Of a stretch of DNA of 64,000 nt, positions 1 through 9,336 are shown in pieces. The first letter of the stretch is position 1; each line of letters starts with the position of its first letter. The notes under the pieces were generated by a model. The model was not told where the DNA came from. It made no database searches and saw only the letters and a program-made list of their open reading frames with translations. The position numbers were made by a program, and so were the translations under genes. The stretch spans positions 1 to 64,000 of the IMG/VR virus record IMGVR_UViG_3300037069_002825; one strand, written 5' to 3'. The stretch comes from a virus.

Positions 1-1
1 A

Positions 2-244
2 GGCCACGGCAATGTCGCGGCGGCGAAGGCGCTGATAAAGCGGCGTGCAAAGGCGCTCGGCAAGGCGAACATGCTCCCCGAGGATTGGGCGTCCGTCGAC
101 GAAATGCTGCACCTACCGCCGCAGGCCGTCAAGCAGATGGAAGCGATCCTGAACATGATCGTTCGCGCGGACCAGGAAGTGGACCGGGCTCAGCCCGCGC
201 TCGCGGCGCTGCTCGGCAGGCCGAACCCGGACCAAAATCACTGA
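2..244 (+). CDS. 3' end of a head-region protein (partial)
   Basis: Open frame from the window edge to TGA at 242-244; KALIKRRAKALGKANMLPEDW resembles a short motif seen in phage head-assembly proteins. Confidence 0.6.
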   Translation, partial: GHGNVAAAKALIKRRAKALGKANMLPEDWASVDEMLHLPPQAVKQMEAILNMIVRADQEVDRAQPALAALLGRPNPDQNH

Positions 245-261
245 GGCTGGCCGGGGCCGGA

Positions 262-270
262 CGTATATTA
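262..270 (+). promoter_or_regulatory. CGTATATTA putative late-promoter -10 element (likely leaderless start at ATG 278)
   Basis: Exact 9-mer recurs at 851, 7259 and 63082, all on + strand; 7 nt upstream of the ATG, no SD sequence. Confidence 0.6.
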
Positions 271-277
271 CGTCGGC

Positions 278-1615
278 ATGGGAACAACCATGCTGGCTAA
301 GCCCCACGTCTTCGAGCGGGGCGACAAGGTCTACCTCACCACGCCACTGACGCTGGTCAGGCCCTCGGAGTCTGAGATCGCGGAGTACGCATTCGCCTCG
401 GCGGTGAAGACCAAGGCGCCGAACCAAAACATCGGTTGGGTCCAGGGCCGCTACGTCGAGGCTGGACGCGCGAACCTCAACAACGCGATGTGGCTAAGCA
501 GGGAGCTGGCGGTCAAGGCCCTGACCCCGATGCTCATGCCCGTGACGGTGATGCATGATCCCCGGACGGCGGTTGGCACTATCGCGGACTGCAAGCTCGT
601 GACCGGCGGCGCGGAGACGGCCGGCACGGCATCGGCGCGCATCGAAACCATCCTCGCCGTGTGGGCTCACCGCTTCCCGGAGGTGTGGGACGAGGTCACG
701 CACAACATCGAGAACGCGGAAATGATGCAGAGCATGGAGTGTTACGCGCCCTGGTACTGCTGCTCGGAGTGCGACCAACAGTACGTCAAGCTCGCGAAAG
801 GTGCCGAGCAGGCGTCATGGTGTGACCACCTGAGAAACCAAACAGGCGCGCGTATATTAGGCGATGTCTGCTTCACAGGTACCGGATTGATATTCGGATC
901 ACGCGGAGCGAAGGGTGCTTACACCGAGGCTCACCTCGAACCCTTCGAGAACGAGATCGCTGAATATCACGACCGGGCTCACGTTGACGGTAGCTATCGA
1001 CCTTCCGAGAGGAGCACGCCACACATGGGACTCGTACAGATTGAGGAGAGTGAGCTGGCAACGCTCCGCGCCGAGCGTAACGAGGCCCGTACGAAGGCCG
1101 ACGAGCTAGCCGAGAAAGTCCGTGATCTCACCTCCAAGGTCGAGACTGCCGAGACCGCCCAGAAAGCCGCCGAGGAGAAAGCGGCAACGCTGGAGACCGA
1201 GAAGAAAGGCTTGGAGGAGAAGGCGCAGCGCGCCACCCTCAAGGACAAACGCCTCGGCGCCCTAGGCGACGGCTTTATGGCCAAGCTCGGTGACTTCACC
1301 CGCGAGCGCCTGAGTGAGGCGGCCGGCACTCAGTCCGACGAGGAGTGGGAGGCCACCCTCAAGGAGAAGGAGGAGATGGCCGACGTCAAGCGTGACGCCA
1401 AGAAGGAGGGCGGCACCGAGACGGCCAAAGGGACCGACGCCCCTTCGCCTTCCTTCGGCTCCGAGGAGGTGGCGTCCTTCATGCGCACCGGCGCCACGCT
1501 GCCGGCGACAGCGTCGGTGGGCGCCGACGGCACCAGCGCGGTGTCCAAGCTCGCTCGCGCGTTCAAACCGCCGGTCCCAGCTGCTGCCACATCCACCTCA
1601 CAGGGCGACAAGTAA
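278..1615 (+). CDS. Prohead protease / scaffold fusion
   Basis: N-terminal globular domain (MH...AVG, SMEC, CxxC...C-x-H) followed by an E/K/A coiled coil; lies just upstream of the capsid genes. Confidence 0.75.
   Translation: MGTTMLAKPHVFERGDKVYLTTPLTLVRPSESEIAEYAFASAVKTKAPNQNIGWVQGRYVEAGRANLNNAMWLSRELAVKALTPMLMPVTVMHDPRTAVGTIADCKLVTGGAETAGTASARIETILAVWAHRFPEVWDEVTHNIENAEMMQSMECYAPWYCCSECDQQYVKLAKGAEQASWCDHLRNQTGARILGDVCFTGTGLIFGSRGAKGAYTEAHLEPFENEIAEYHDRAHVDGSYRPSERSTPHMGLVQIEESELATLRAERNEARTKADELAEKVRDLTSKVETAETAQKAAEEKAATLETEKKGLEEKAQRATLKDKRLGALGDGFMAKLGDFTRERLSEAAGTQSDEEWEATLKEKEEMADVKRDAKKEGGTETAKGTDAPSPSFGSEEVASFMRTGATLPATASVGADGTSAVSKLARAFKPPVPAAATSTSQGDK
1025..1615 (+). CDS. Nested in-frame scaffolding protein
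   Basis: AGGAG at 1010-1014 and in-frame ATG 1025 at the start of the coiled coil; internal CGTATATTA at 851. Confidence 0.55.
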   Translation: MGLVQIEESELATLRAERNEARTKADELAEKVRDLTSKVETAETAQKAAEEKAATLETEKKGLEEKAQRATLKDKRLGALGDGFMAKLGDFTRERLSEAAGTQSDEEWEATLKEKEEMADVKRDAKKEGGTETAKGTDAPSPSFGSEEVASFMRTGATLPATASVGADGTSAVSKLARAFKPPVPAAATSTSQGDK

Positions 1616-1663
1616 CCCGAGTCGGCCGACCGAACCTGAGTCACTGAAAGGAGCCCTCACCAA

Positions 1664-2362
1664 ATGTCGCCCATAGCACTGACCCAGCAGGGTGCATACC
1701 CCCTCCTCGGGGTAGGCAAGCTCGTCAACGTCGGCGTCGCCTTCCCGGGTGAGGTCTGGTCGAACAAGCGCGCTTCGGGGATCATCATCCCCGGCTCCCT
1801 GATTCGCGAGTCCTCGGCTGCCGCCGAAGAAGAATTCATCGACCCGGCGACGGGTGAAACCGTCAAACGGGTCGCCGAAGCCGGCGAGGGCTCCTGGGTT
1901 CCGGTGAAAACCGGCGACACGATCGCCGTCGAAGGCGCGGGTATCCGGCGCGAGACCCTCGGGGTCGCCATGCGCCAGATCATGGTCCCCGACGTCAACC
2001 CCGGGTCGCAGTACAACCCGCAGCTCGGTCCCAACGAGATCATGAACCTGCCGATCGCCTCAGGGGACTGGCTGCGCTGCTACATGAGCGGCGTGCTGAA
2101 CATGACGCTCGTCGTGCCCGACGCGAGCTACAAAGAGGGCGATGTCATCGGCTGGGCACCGAAGGGCGAACGGCCCGTGGGCAAGGCGGAAGGCTCCGGC
2201 GCATGGGCCAAGATCGCCACCACCAAAGAAAACAAAATCCTGAAAGAAGAAGCACCGTGCATCGCGCACACCGACCTCTTTGTCGTCCACAAGGCGCCTG
2301 TGTTCTACGGAAGTGCCGGCGAGTGCGTGCTCACTCTCCGCTACCTCCGTACGAACGTCTAA
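1664..2362 (+). CDS. Capsid decoration / head fibre-like protein
   Basis: SD AAGGAG; sits between scaffold and major capsid genes; beta/Gly-rich. Confidence 0.5.
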   Translation: MSPIALTQQGAYPLLGVGKLVNVGVAFPGEVWSNKRASGIIIPGSLIRESSAAAEEEFIDPATGETVKRVAEAGEGSWVPVKTGDTIAVEGAGIRRETLGVAMRQIMVPDVNPGSQYNPQLGPNEIMNLPIASGDWLRCYMSGVLNMTLVVPDASYKEGDVIGWAPKGERPVGKAEGSGAWAKIATTKENKILKEEAPCIAHTDLFVVHKAPVFYGSAGECVLTLRYLRTNV

Positions 2363-2405
2363 TCCCCGGCACCACTGACCATTCCGAAGGGAGCTGAACC
2401 ACAAC

Positions 2406-3344
2406 ATGAATGAGCTGGTAGCCAGGGCCATGGAGGAGGTTGCCGCAGAGCAGGACCTCGATCGTCGGCAGGCGCTCATGCGGGACAGCAACCCCGTGCT
2501 GGGTCACCACTTCATCCGTCACCCGCAGGAGATGGAAGAGATCGCCTTCGCGCTCTTCGACATCGCTTGGCGTGACGCGATGGCCGAAGACATCGTGCCG
2601 AAAATCATCGAAACGAAGACGGTGGGCTTCGGTGAGCCCGACTTCGTCGATGAGGATCTGCGCGGGTTGCAGGCACAGTGGCAGGGCGCCGGTGGTCAGA
2701 TCATCTCGGGCGAGCTGCGCTATCAGCGCACGCTCATGCCGCGCGAGGAGATGGCCACGGCGATCGACCTTCACCGCAACGACATCCTGACCGACTTCTG
2801 GGACACCTTCCAGAAGCTCCAGGACCAGGCGCGGGAGAAGGTGTCCCAGCTCCCCGTCACCCGGCTCATCGAACTGGTCCAGGCGGGCATCACGTCCGGC
2901 GCGACCTTCTCGACAGCGCCCGCCTCGACGGTCACCGCCGAGAACCTGGACCCGGTCATCGACTTCGTGGCGCAGCGCTCGAAAGGTCAGGTCACCCTGA
3001 TCGGCGCCCGCAACGCGGTCCGCATTCTCTCGAACGTTGGTGTGCAGTTCGGCTACAACGTCGCGGAGAAAATCTTCAACGCGGGCCAGGTCGGCCTCTA
3101 CAAGGGCTACCCGATCGTCGAGGTGCAGAACTTCGAGAACTTCGCGGGCAACCTCGTGCTGCCGGTGAACGAGATCTGGGTGGTCGGGCAGAACGCCGGC
3201 CGTCTCACGTACTTCGGCAATCAGGCCAAGGTGCAGCAGCTTCCCCGTCCGGGCTTCTACGTCCGGTGGGAGTCCGCGCAGGACTCGGGCATGCTGCTCT
3301 ATGGAGTCGGACGCGGTCGCATCGGCCGCATCGTCTTCACCTGA
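2406..3344 (+). CDS. Major capsid protein (HK97-like fold)
   Basis: Size (312 aa), position, strongly biased codons, G-x-Y-x-G-x-P-I motif near the C-terminus, terminator-like hairpin downstream. Confidence 0.75.
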   Translation: MNELVARAMEEVAAEQDLDRRQALMRDSNPVLGHHFIRHPQEMEEIAFALFDIAWRDAMAEDIVPKIIETKTVGFGEPDFVDEDLRGLQAQWQGAGGQIISGELRYQRTLMPREEMATAIDLHRNDILTDFWDTFQKLQDQAREKVSQLPVTRLIELVQAGITSGATFSTAPASTVTAENLDPVIDFVAQRSKGQVTLIGARNAVRILSNVGVQFGYNVAEKIFNAGQVGLYKGYPIVEVQNFENFAGNLVLPVNEIWVVGQNAGRLTYFGNQAKVQQLPRPGFYVRWESAQDSGMLLYGVGRGRIGRIVFT

Positions 3345-3370
3345 GCCGACCCAGTTACACATAACGAAGT

Positions 3371-3399
3371 GCCCGGGCGTCTCCTAGGGGCGTCCGGGC
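3371..3399 (+). terminator. Stem-loop after the major capsid gene
   Basis: GCCCGGGCGTCTC-CTA-GGGGCGTCCGGGC, with G-U pairs on the + strand. Confidence 0.5.
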
Positions 3400-3438
3400 C
3401 GAAGTCTTCAAGAGCCACGAGAGGAGCACACGAGAATC

Positions 3439-4398
3439 ATGGGAGACGTAGACACAGGCTCAGCAGTACCGGCGGTGCAGAAGCGCCCCTTCAAGAACAA
3501 CACACTGGGCTGGTTGGGGGTCGTCATCCTCGACCACGCGGGCAAGCCTACGGGCGTGAGCATCGAACCGCAGGGGACCATCTGGCTGTCCGAGGCTGAG
3601 GTGCTGCTCACGGCGCGCGCGCCGCGCCAGCCCAAGGACAACCCCTTCGAGGAGCAGGTCTTTCTCGTGTCCGATGGCCTGGGGGGCCAGGTGCGCCAGA
3701 AGATGCGCCCGCTTGTCCCCATCGAAGACGCCCGTTGGGTGCCCCAGATGGATCGCTACACCCCACCCATCCCCGGCGACGCTCCCAAGGCGGTCTCCAC
3801 TGCCGCTGCCGCCGTGGCCGCCACCTCACCTGAGCCATCGCATGCCTCAGGCTCCGGCGACCCCGTGGCCGAGGCGTCGGCCAAGATCCTGGCGCCCCAG
3901 CACGATCAGATGATCCCGGCCACACAGCCCCAGCCAGCCGTGCCGGCGCTGTCGGAGGACCAGATCCCCGGCTCGTCACCCGCAGGCCCACAGGGCACTC
4001 CACAGCCTCCCAACACGCCGCCCGGCGGCCAGGGCGTTCCGCCCGGGGGTGAGGTCACCCCCGACGGCGAGAACGCGACGAGCTGGACTGAGCCTCCCAA
4101 CGGTCAGCTGCGCGCGACGGGTACGCTCGCCGGTGAGAATCCGCCGGACGAGCCCGACGTGCAGGGACGAACGACTGTCCCGAGCGAGAGCGCCGGAACG
4201 GCCGAGAACGCGGGATCTCCCTCTGAACAATCGACAGTTGTCGCGTCGACAGGCGAGGAGACCGCCTCCCAGCAGCCGATCGTGGCCGAGGGGGAGGAGA
4301 CCGGCGCCGCTGTCCCGCCGTCGGGCGAGCCGGTCGAGGGCGAGTTCGCCTCGCACGAGGAGGTCGGCGACCCGGGGGCTGCTCAGCAGTCGCAGTAG
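3439..4398 (+). CDS. Hypothetical protein: N-terminal globular domain, long P/E/G-rich disordered tail
   Basis: SD GAGGAG; ORF track. Confidence 0.7.
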   Translation: MGDVDTGSAVPAVQKRPFKNNTLGWLGVVILDHAGKPTGVSIEPQGTIWLSEAEVLLTARAPRQPKDNPFEEQVFLVSDGLGGQVRQKMRPLVPIEDARWVPQMDRYTPPIPGDAPKAVSTAAAAVAATSPEPSHASGSGDPVAEASAKILAPQHDQMIPATQPQPAVPALSEDQIPGSSPAGPQGTPQPPNTPPGGQGVPPGGEVTPDGENATSWTEPPNGQLRATGTLAGENPPDEPDVQGRTTVPSESAGTAENAGSPSEQSTVVASTGEETASQQPIVAEGEETGAAVPPSGEPVEGEFASHEEVGDPGAAQQSQ

Positions 4399-4439
4399 CT
4401 CTCCCATGTGGCCCGCGCTAACCGATCGTCGGAGTTGAC

Positions 4440-5351
4440 ATGGAAGGTGTGACCACCGGCTCCGAGGCGCTGATCCCGGCGCTGCTCAAGAACGATAAAG
4501 GGGAACCCGCCGACGTCATCGGCGAACTGACCCTGCTCGTTGTCCAGCCCGACGGGACGGAGAAAACCTTCGACCTAGCCGAAGTCACCCACCTCGGCAC
4601 AGGTGAATACAACAAGGCCATCGTCTTCAAAGAATCGGGTCTGTGGCGTTACCGCTGGATCGACGGTGAAGTCGTCGCTGACGAGGGTACGATCGAGGTC
4701 GAATCGGCCTTCGACGAAGCGCTCGCGCCAGACCTCACGGACCTGCGAGTTCTTGTGCCCCAGGCGCGGCGGGCGTGCGAGGGGCCTTACGGCGCTCCCG
4801 CCGGCCGTCCGCCGCTCTCGGAATCGGTCATCTACGGCATGGTGGCTGACGCCTGTGCCGAGGTGATCCTTTTCAGCGGGACACTCTTCGGGCACGAACT
4901 GCTGGTCAAGCAACGCGATCCGGCGCGCGGCTTTCCGACCGAGTGGAAGACGGCGCAGACATTGAATCAGTGGGAGGGAACGATCATCATCTGCCAGGTC
5001 GCGCTCGACTACTTCTTCCACCTCTTCCGCGATCTCAAGACGAGCGAAACGCTCAAGAATGAGGGCACCGAGTGGACGTGGGCACTGTCGGCGAACGTGC
5101 TGCGCAACTATCTGGAATCGCTCAAAGAGGCGCGCGACAAGGCCCTCGAAGGTCTCCGCGCCCACAACCCCGTGCTCGACACCTACGCCTCGAACATCCG
5201 CATCCGCGACCAAGCGACGGTCGGCATTCTGGAGTGGTGGGACACGGTCAGCCCCGGCCTCAGCGGAAGCGTCGGTGTGCCGAGCGGCCAGGAGGCCGGC
5301 GTCATCCCCTGGACACCCGGTTGGACGGGGCCGGGCTGGTCGCCGGAATGA
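4440..5351 (+). CDS. Head-tail adaptor / head completion protein with N-terminal Ig-like domain
   Basis: Synteny; N-terminal beta motif (QPDG...G.Y...G.W.YRW); helical C-terminal part. Confidence 0.55.
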   Translation: MEGVTTGSEALIPALLKNDKGEPADVIGELTLLVVQPDGTEKTFDLAEVTHLGTGEYNKAIVFKESGLWRYRWIDGEVVADEGTIEVESAFDEALAPDLTDLRVLVPQARRACEGPYGAPAGRPPLSESVIYGMVADACAEVILFSGTLFGHELLVKQRDPARGFPTEWKTAQTLNQWEGTIIICQVALDYFFHLFRDLKTSETLKNEGTEWTWALSANVLRNYLESLKEARDKALEGLRAHNPVLDTYASNIRIRDQATVGILEWWDTVSPGLSGSVGVPSGQEAGVIPWTPGWTGPGWSPE

Positions 5352-5599
5352 TCGGCATGCAGCGAGACATTCAGCTCATGCGCGTTCGGGTGATCGTCGA
5401 CCACCGTACGCGGGGAGAAGCGGCCGTAGCGATCGAGACCGACGGCGAGACCATCACCGAGCAGCGTCTGCATGCCGCCGAGGGCCTCGGCCTTGAGGGT
5501 GTGGCGCCCGGCCGAATCCAGCTACGTATCTGCGATCCACTGGACGCGATCGCCTACTCCGCCGCCCTCGGCAATGTTCAGTTTGGTGCGGACGAATGA
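5348..5599 (+). CDS. Small hypothetical neck-region protein
   Basis: ATGA overlaps with both neighbours. Confidence 0.55.
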   Translation: MIGMQRDIQLMRVRVIVDHRTRGEAAVAIETDGETITEQRLHAAEGLGLEGVAPGRIQLRICDPLDAIAYSAALGNVQFGADE

Positions 5600-6048
5600 C
5601 CGCGAGCATGACACCGGCCGCTCCGAACATCGCCGGCTTCATCGAAGCGGCCGTACGCCTGCGACGGGAAGCCGGGACGGATGTGGCGTTCAAGGTCCCG
5701 GTCACTGACATCTGGCCGGAAGGCACCAAGGTCAACCCCGACACGGGCCAACCCTTCGATCCCACGATCAAACCGACCAGCGACCCCTTCACCGTAATCA
5801 CCAAGCGCGCGCTCATCATCGCCAAGCAGGGCTCACCGCTGCGACCACAGTCCGACACCTACTGGGAGCAGGCGGGGATGCTCACTGGCATGGACATCAT
5901 CCTCGACGTGGGCGCCGAGGACTTCGCCGAGATCGAAGACGCCAGCGAGATGACCGTCAACACGCTGAACTATAAGATCGAGGAGGCCAAGCCGTTCGCG
6001 GTCGACGGTACGATCTATCGCTGGCTCGTGTATGGGCGTGAGCGCTGA
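5596..6048 (+). CDS. Head-tail connector (stopper-like)
   Basis: Synteny, size, overlapping start and stop. Confidence 0.5.
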   Translation: MTASMTPAAPNIAGFIEAAVRLRREAGTDVAFKVPVTDIWPEGTKVNPDTGQPFDPTIKPTSDPFTVITKRALIIAKQGSPLRPQSDTYWEQAGMLTGMDIILDVGAEDFAEIEDASEMTVNTLNYKIEEAKPFAVDGTIYRWLVYGRER

Positions 6049-6542
6049 TGGCGGTTCTGCGCGAGGATCTCATGGAGTATTCAGTGCTGCGCGCGGTGAA
6101 GGTAGCGCTCCCGGAATACGGCTACATCCTCACGCCCGAACCAAACGCCAACCTCGAAGTGCTGCCCGCGTTCCCCACCCCCGAGGAGCGTGCACGGGAG
6201 CTGACGATCACCACGCTGGCCTTCGGGTTCAACATCGACGACGGCGGCAGGGAAGCCGAGCTGGGCTCGACGCTCACCGAGTACAAACACACACTGATGG
6301 CGTGGGTCTTTGGCATGGAGAACTCACTCGCGCGTCAGGTCGCCAACTCGATCAAGCACATCCTGCGCCACGCTGACGATGGCATACCACTCCTGGACTT
6401 CAACCAGGAAGGCGAGCCCCAGATCGACACACTCCGCGTAGAGAAAGTGCAGGTCGCCCACCAGGGGAATAGCTCCAACCGGCCGTGGGATCAGTACCTG
6501 TGGTCGGCCTCAGCCGTTATCACGGACACGTTTTATGAGTGA
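6048..6542 (+). CDS. Tail terminator-like protein
   Basis: Synteny and size. Confidence 0.5.
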   Translation: MAVLREDLMEYSVLRAVKVALPEYGYILTPEPNANLEVLPAFPTPEERARELTITTLAFGFNIDDGGREAELGSTLTEYKHTLMAWVFGMENSLARQVANSIKHILRHADDGIPLLDFNQEGEPQIDTLRVEKVQVAHQGNSSNRPWDQYLWSASAVITDTFYE

Positions 6543-7225
6543 TGCCGGACGCCTTCGCCTACTACCTCTATGCTCGGGACCTACCGGAGCTGGTGGCGGC
6601 CACCGCAGCCGCCCAGGCTAAGCTGCGGGTTGATGGCCACGCGGCTCTGGCCGACCGCGTCGTGAAGGCCTACGCCGAGCTTGAGCGCGACCTGGAGTAT
6701 CTCGCCGCCTCGGTATCGGGGGCAGGTACCGTCAAGCTGGTAGAGACCGAGCGGGCGACTAAGGTCCGCCCCGACACCCTGGGCGCCGGCGGCCCGAGAC
6801 TGGAGGACTCGCTCGTATGCGACCCGATCCCGGAGTTCCCCGGCTCGGTCGGCGTGGCCAACGAGGCGGTCCTCGACGCGCACGTGCCGTGGTGGGAGAC
6901 CAACGAGATCGGCAGTAGCGCTCGCGTCGGTGGCCACATCTTCGGCACGTTCTACGAGTCCGGTGGCGGCGGTGGCTCACCACCCGGTGGCAACTTCCGC
7001 GAACACGCCCTGTTCCGCGCTGAGGTGGGCGGAAGCGCCGGCCCCGGCGTCATCCACAGGCCGATCCCGGAGAGGCGATTTATAGAGCAGTCCATTCCCG
7101 ACATCAGGGCAGCCTGGAAGTCGGGGTTCGCCGCGATCAAGGCGAAGTACAACGCTCAGCTGGACTCGGTCTTCGCCTCTCTGGCGGCGGAGGAAGTCAC
7201 GCGAGGGCTGGAGTCGGCACGGTGA
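6539..7225 (+). CDS. Neck protein (HK97 gp10-like)
   Basis: W...E.G ... I.....F pattern; synteny. Confidence 0.45.
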   Translation: MMPDAFAYYLYARDLPELVAATAAAQAKLRVDGHAALADRVVKAYAELERDLEYLAASVSGAGTVKLVETERATKVRPDTLGAGGPRLEDSLVCDPIPEFPGSVGVANEAVLDAHVPWWETNEIGSSARVGGHIFGTFYESGGGGGSPPGGNFREHALFRAEVGGSAGPGVIHRPIPERRFIEQSIPDIRAAWKSGFAAIKAKYNAQLDSVFASLAAEEVTRGLESAR

Positions 7226-7536
7226 GCGCGGCAGCGTCCAGCGACGCGCACGCCGGAACGTATATTAGAGGCGACGGTCGTAGTGGCGCCGACAAGGCGG
7301 CGATCCTGCACAAGCGTCGCAAGCGGGCAATGACAGCTCTGCTTACGGAGTTCGAGCGGGAAATCGAACCACTGATCGCGGCCGGTCACCAAGAGGCGAT
7401 CGATAACTTCAAGGGAGTCTGCCGAGCCAAGATCAACGGCATCACATTCGAGGCGGTAGGTCTGCTGAGGGGTGGAACCGTCAACGATGTAGCCGTACAG
7501 CTCGCCGAACAACACGAGTTTCCCCAGGAGGACTGA
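7222..7536 (+). CDS. Hypothetical protein
   Basis: GTGA overlap; contains CGTATATTA motif, so the true start may lie further downstream. Confidence 0.45.
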   Translation: MSAAASSDAHAGTYIRGDGRSGADKAAILHKRRKRAMTALLTEFEREIEPLIAAGHQEAIDNFKGVCRAKINGITFEAVGLLRGGTVNDVAVQLAEQHEFPQED

Positions 7537-7539
7537 GCC

Positions 7540-8808
7540 ATTTCCATTCCAGCAGGAAGCATCATCACCGTAGCGGGCCTCAACGTCGTCGATCGCCTCC
7601 AGGACGCCGGACTCCAGGACCCCAAAGTCCCCACGGAGACGGTGCGTGAGACGGGCAACAACCTCGTGGTCGGCAAGGTCCTCACCGAGGCTGACTTCAA
7701 CTTCCAGATGACGAGCTGGGACACCAACTGCGACATGATGGCGCTGCTGGAAGGCAAAACCGGCGACATCGCCGCGAGTCACGGCCCGGCACACTCCGAC
7801 GCCGCCAAAACGCGCTACCGCTGGGAGAACGCCAGCTACGTGAACATCGCCTCGCCGTGGAAGGTCAACACAGGCACGCAGGGCGGCAACATCGGCTCGG
7901 GCGTGCTCATCCCGTCCTACTTCCCCTCGGCACTGAACTACAAGTTCGGCGTCAAAAGCATGGCAGAGCAGGTGGTGACCCTTCGCGGGGGCGCCTACTT
8001 CATGAACTACGGCGGCTACCCGATCGAGGAAATCGCCAAAGGCACGGGCGAAGCTGTCAGCTTCGAAACCAAAGAGACCGCAGCTGTGCTCAGGGTCGGC
8101 GGCCACGGCTCGACCGAATATCAGCACATATTTGGCGTGTTGGTGAACGGCGAAATCCAGCTGAACAACGTGGACTATGTTGAGGAAGGCGGCGCCAAAC
8201 CGGGCGAAGCCGCCACTAAGGTGAAAATCAAATTCGCCAAAGCGCCTCCCGCCGAAGCGGTCGTCCGGTTCATGTACTTCTCGACCGAAGCGCACGCTCT
8301 CAACCAGACCGTGCATGAGTCGACCATCACGAGCCCGGCGGCGGTCCGTGGACGTGACATCGAAATCTTCGTCGGCAAAATCGGGGAAGGCGCCGTGAAG
8401 ATCCACGGCATCCAGGACATCAGCCTGGAAGCTACCTGCACCGGAGAAATCCTGCGCGAGATGGGGACCTACGACCCGATCGGTTACGCGGTGACAGGCA
8501 CCGACACGAACGGCCAGATCAGCATGCAGCCCCAGAACCAGGAAGCGTTCTACAAAGCCATCAGCGAGATGACGGGGCTGGAACTGACCGACGTGATCGG
8601 CTACATCAACCAGTACCCGATCCCCCTCACGATGGTGATAAACAACCCCTCGTCACGCGGGAGCGTCTTGAAGTCGATCTACGTCGAAGACGCCATCTTC
8701 CAGCCCCCGGGGTCGACCGTGAAGGTCAACACCGTCAGCACCTTCCCCATTCGCTGGGAGTCCCTAGAGGGCACCTTTAGCGAGTTCAAGGAATCGCTCC
8801 CGGCCTAG
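7540..8808 (+). CDS. Major tail tube protein, probable ATT start (MSIPAGSIITVAG...)
   Basis: AGGAGG at 7526-7531, 8 nt before ATT 7540; frame open into the ORF called at 7642; upstream of chaperones and tape measure. Confidence 0.7.
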   Translation: MSIPAGSIITVAGLNVVDRLQDAGLQDPKVPTETVRETGNNLVVGKVLTEADFNFQMTSWDTNCDMMALLEGKTGDIAASHGPAHSDAAKTRYRWENASYVNIASPWKVNTGTQGGNIGSGVLIPSYFPSALNYKFGVKSMAEQVVTLRGGAYFMNYGGYPIEEIAKGTGEAVSFETKETAAVLRVGGHGSTEYQHIFGVLVNGEIQLNNVDYVEEGGAKPGEAATKVKIKFAKAPPAEAVVRFMYFSTEAHALNQTVHESTITSPAAVRGRDIEIFVGKIGEGAVKIHGIQDISLEATCTGEILREMGTYDPIGYAVTGTDTNGQISMQPQNQEAFYKAISEMTGLELTDVIGYINQYPIPLTMVINNPSSRGSVLKSIYVEDAIFQPPGSTVKVNTVSTFPIRWESLEGTFSEFKESLPA

Positions 8809-8811
8809 GCC

Positions 8812-9273
8812 ATGGCTCCCGAGGAGGTCATAGTCCAGGGCGAGGAGGAGGCCGGCGCGACCGACGGCAAAGTCACGGTCAAAGCCAACACCAACACCCT
8901 CGTCCTTGCCGCCAACACCGCTCGCACCGGCGGCTACATCACCAACGGGAGCGCGCACGACGCGTGGCTGTCGCTGGGCACGGGTGCGGCGGTCGTGGGC
9001 GCTGGCTACTACCTCAAGAAGGAAGGCGGCACCTTCGACCTCGCCGGCTTCACCGGGGAAGTCCGGGCCAACGCGGGCGAAGAAATCAGCCTCGCTGTCA
9101 CCGAGATCGACGCCTCCAGGGAAACCACCCTCACCCGCGATGAAGCCTTCACGCCCGGCTCGAATGGCTGGGCCGGCGAGGGGCTCCTTCCGCCGGGATG
9201 GAAGGCCACGCCGGGCATGAACGGCGTAGGTGACGGCGGCTACGGCGAGGACGTTCACAGCCCCGAGGAGTAG
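8812..9273 (+). CDS. Small beta-rich virion-associated protein
   Basis: ORF with biased codons between tail tube and chaperone. Confidence 0.55.
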   Translation: MAPEEVIVQGEEEAGATDGKVTVKANTNTLVLAANTARTGGYITNGSAHDAWLSLGTGAAVVGAGYYLKKEGGTFDLAGFTGEVRANAGEEISLAVTEIDASRETTLTRDEAFTPGSNGWAGEGLLPPGWKATPGMNGVGDGGYGEDVHSPEE

Positions 9274-9336
9274 CGCCACGGAGCGACAGTCGTTGGACCA
9301 ACAGGCAACCGGGACACGTCCCGAGGAGGAGCACCA

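Noticed and set aside
7534-7536. Genome-wide stop-codon reassignment
   Set aside because: TGA, TAG and TAA all end genes normally, with tight overlaps throughout
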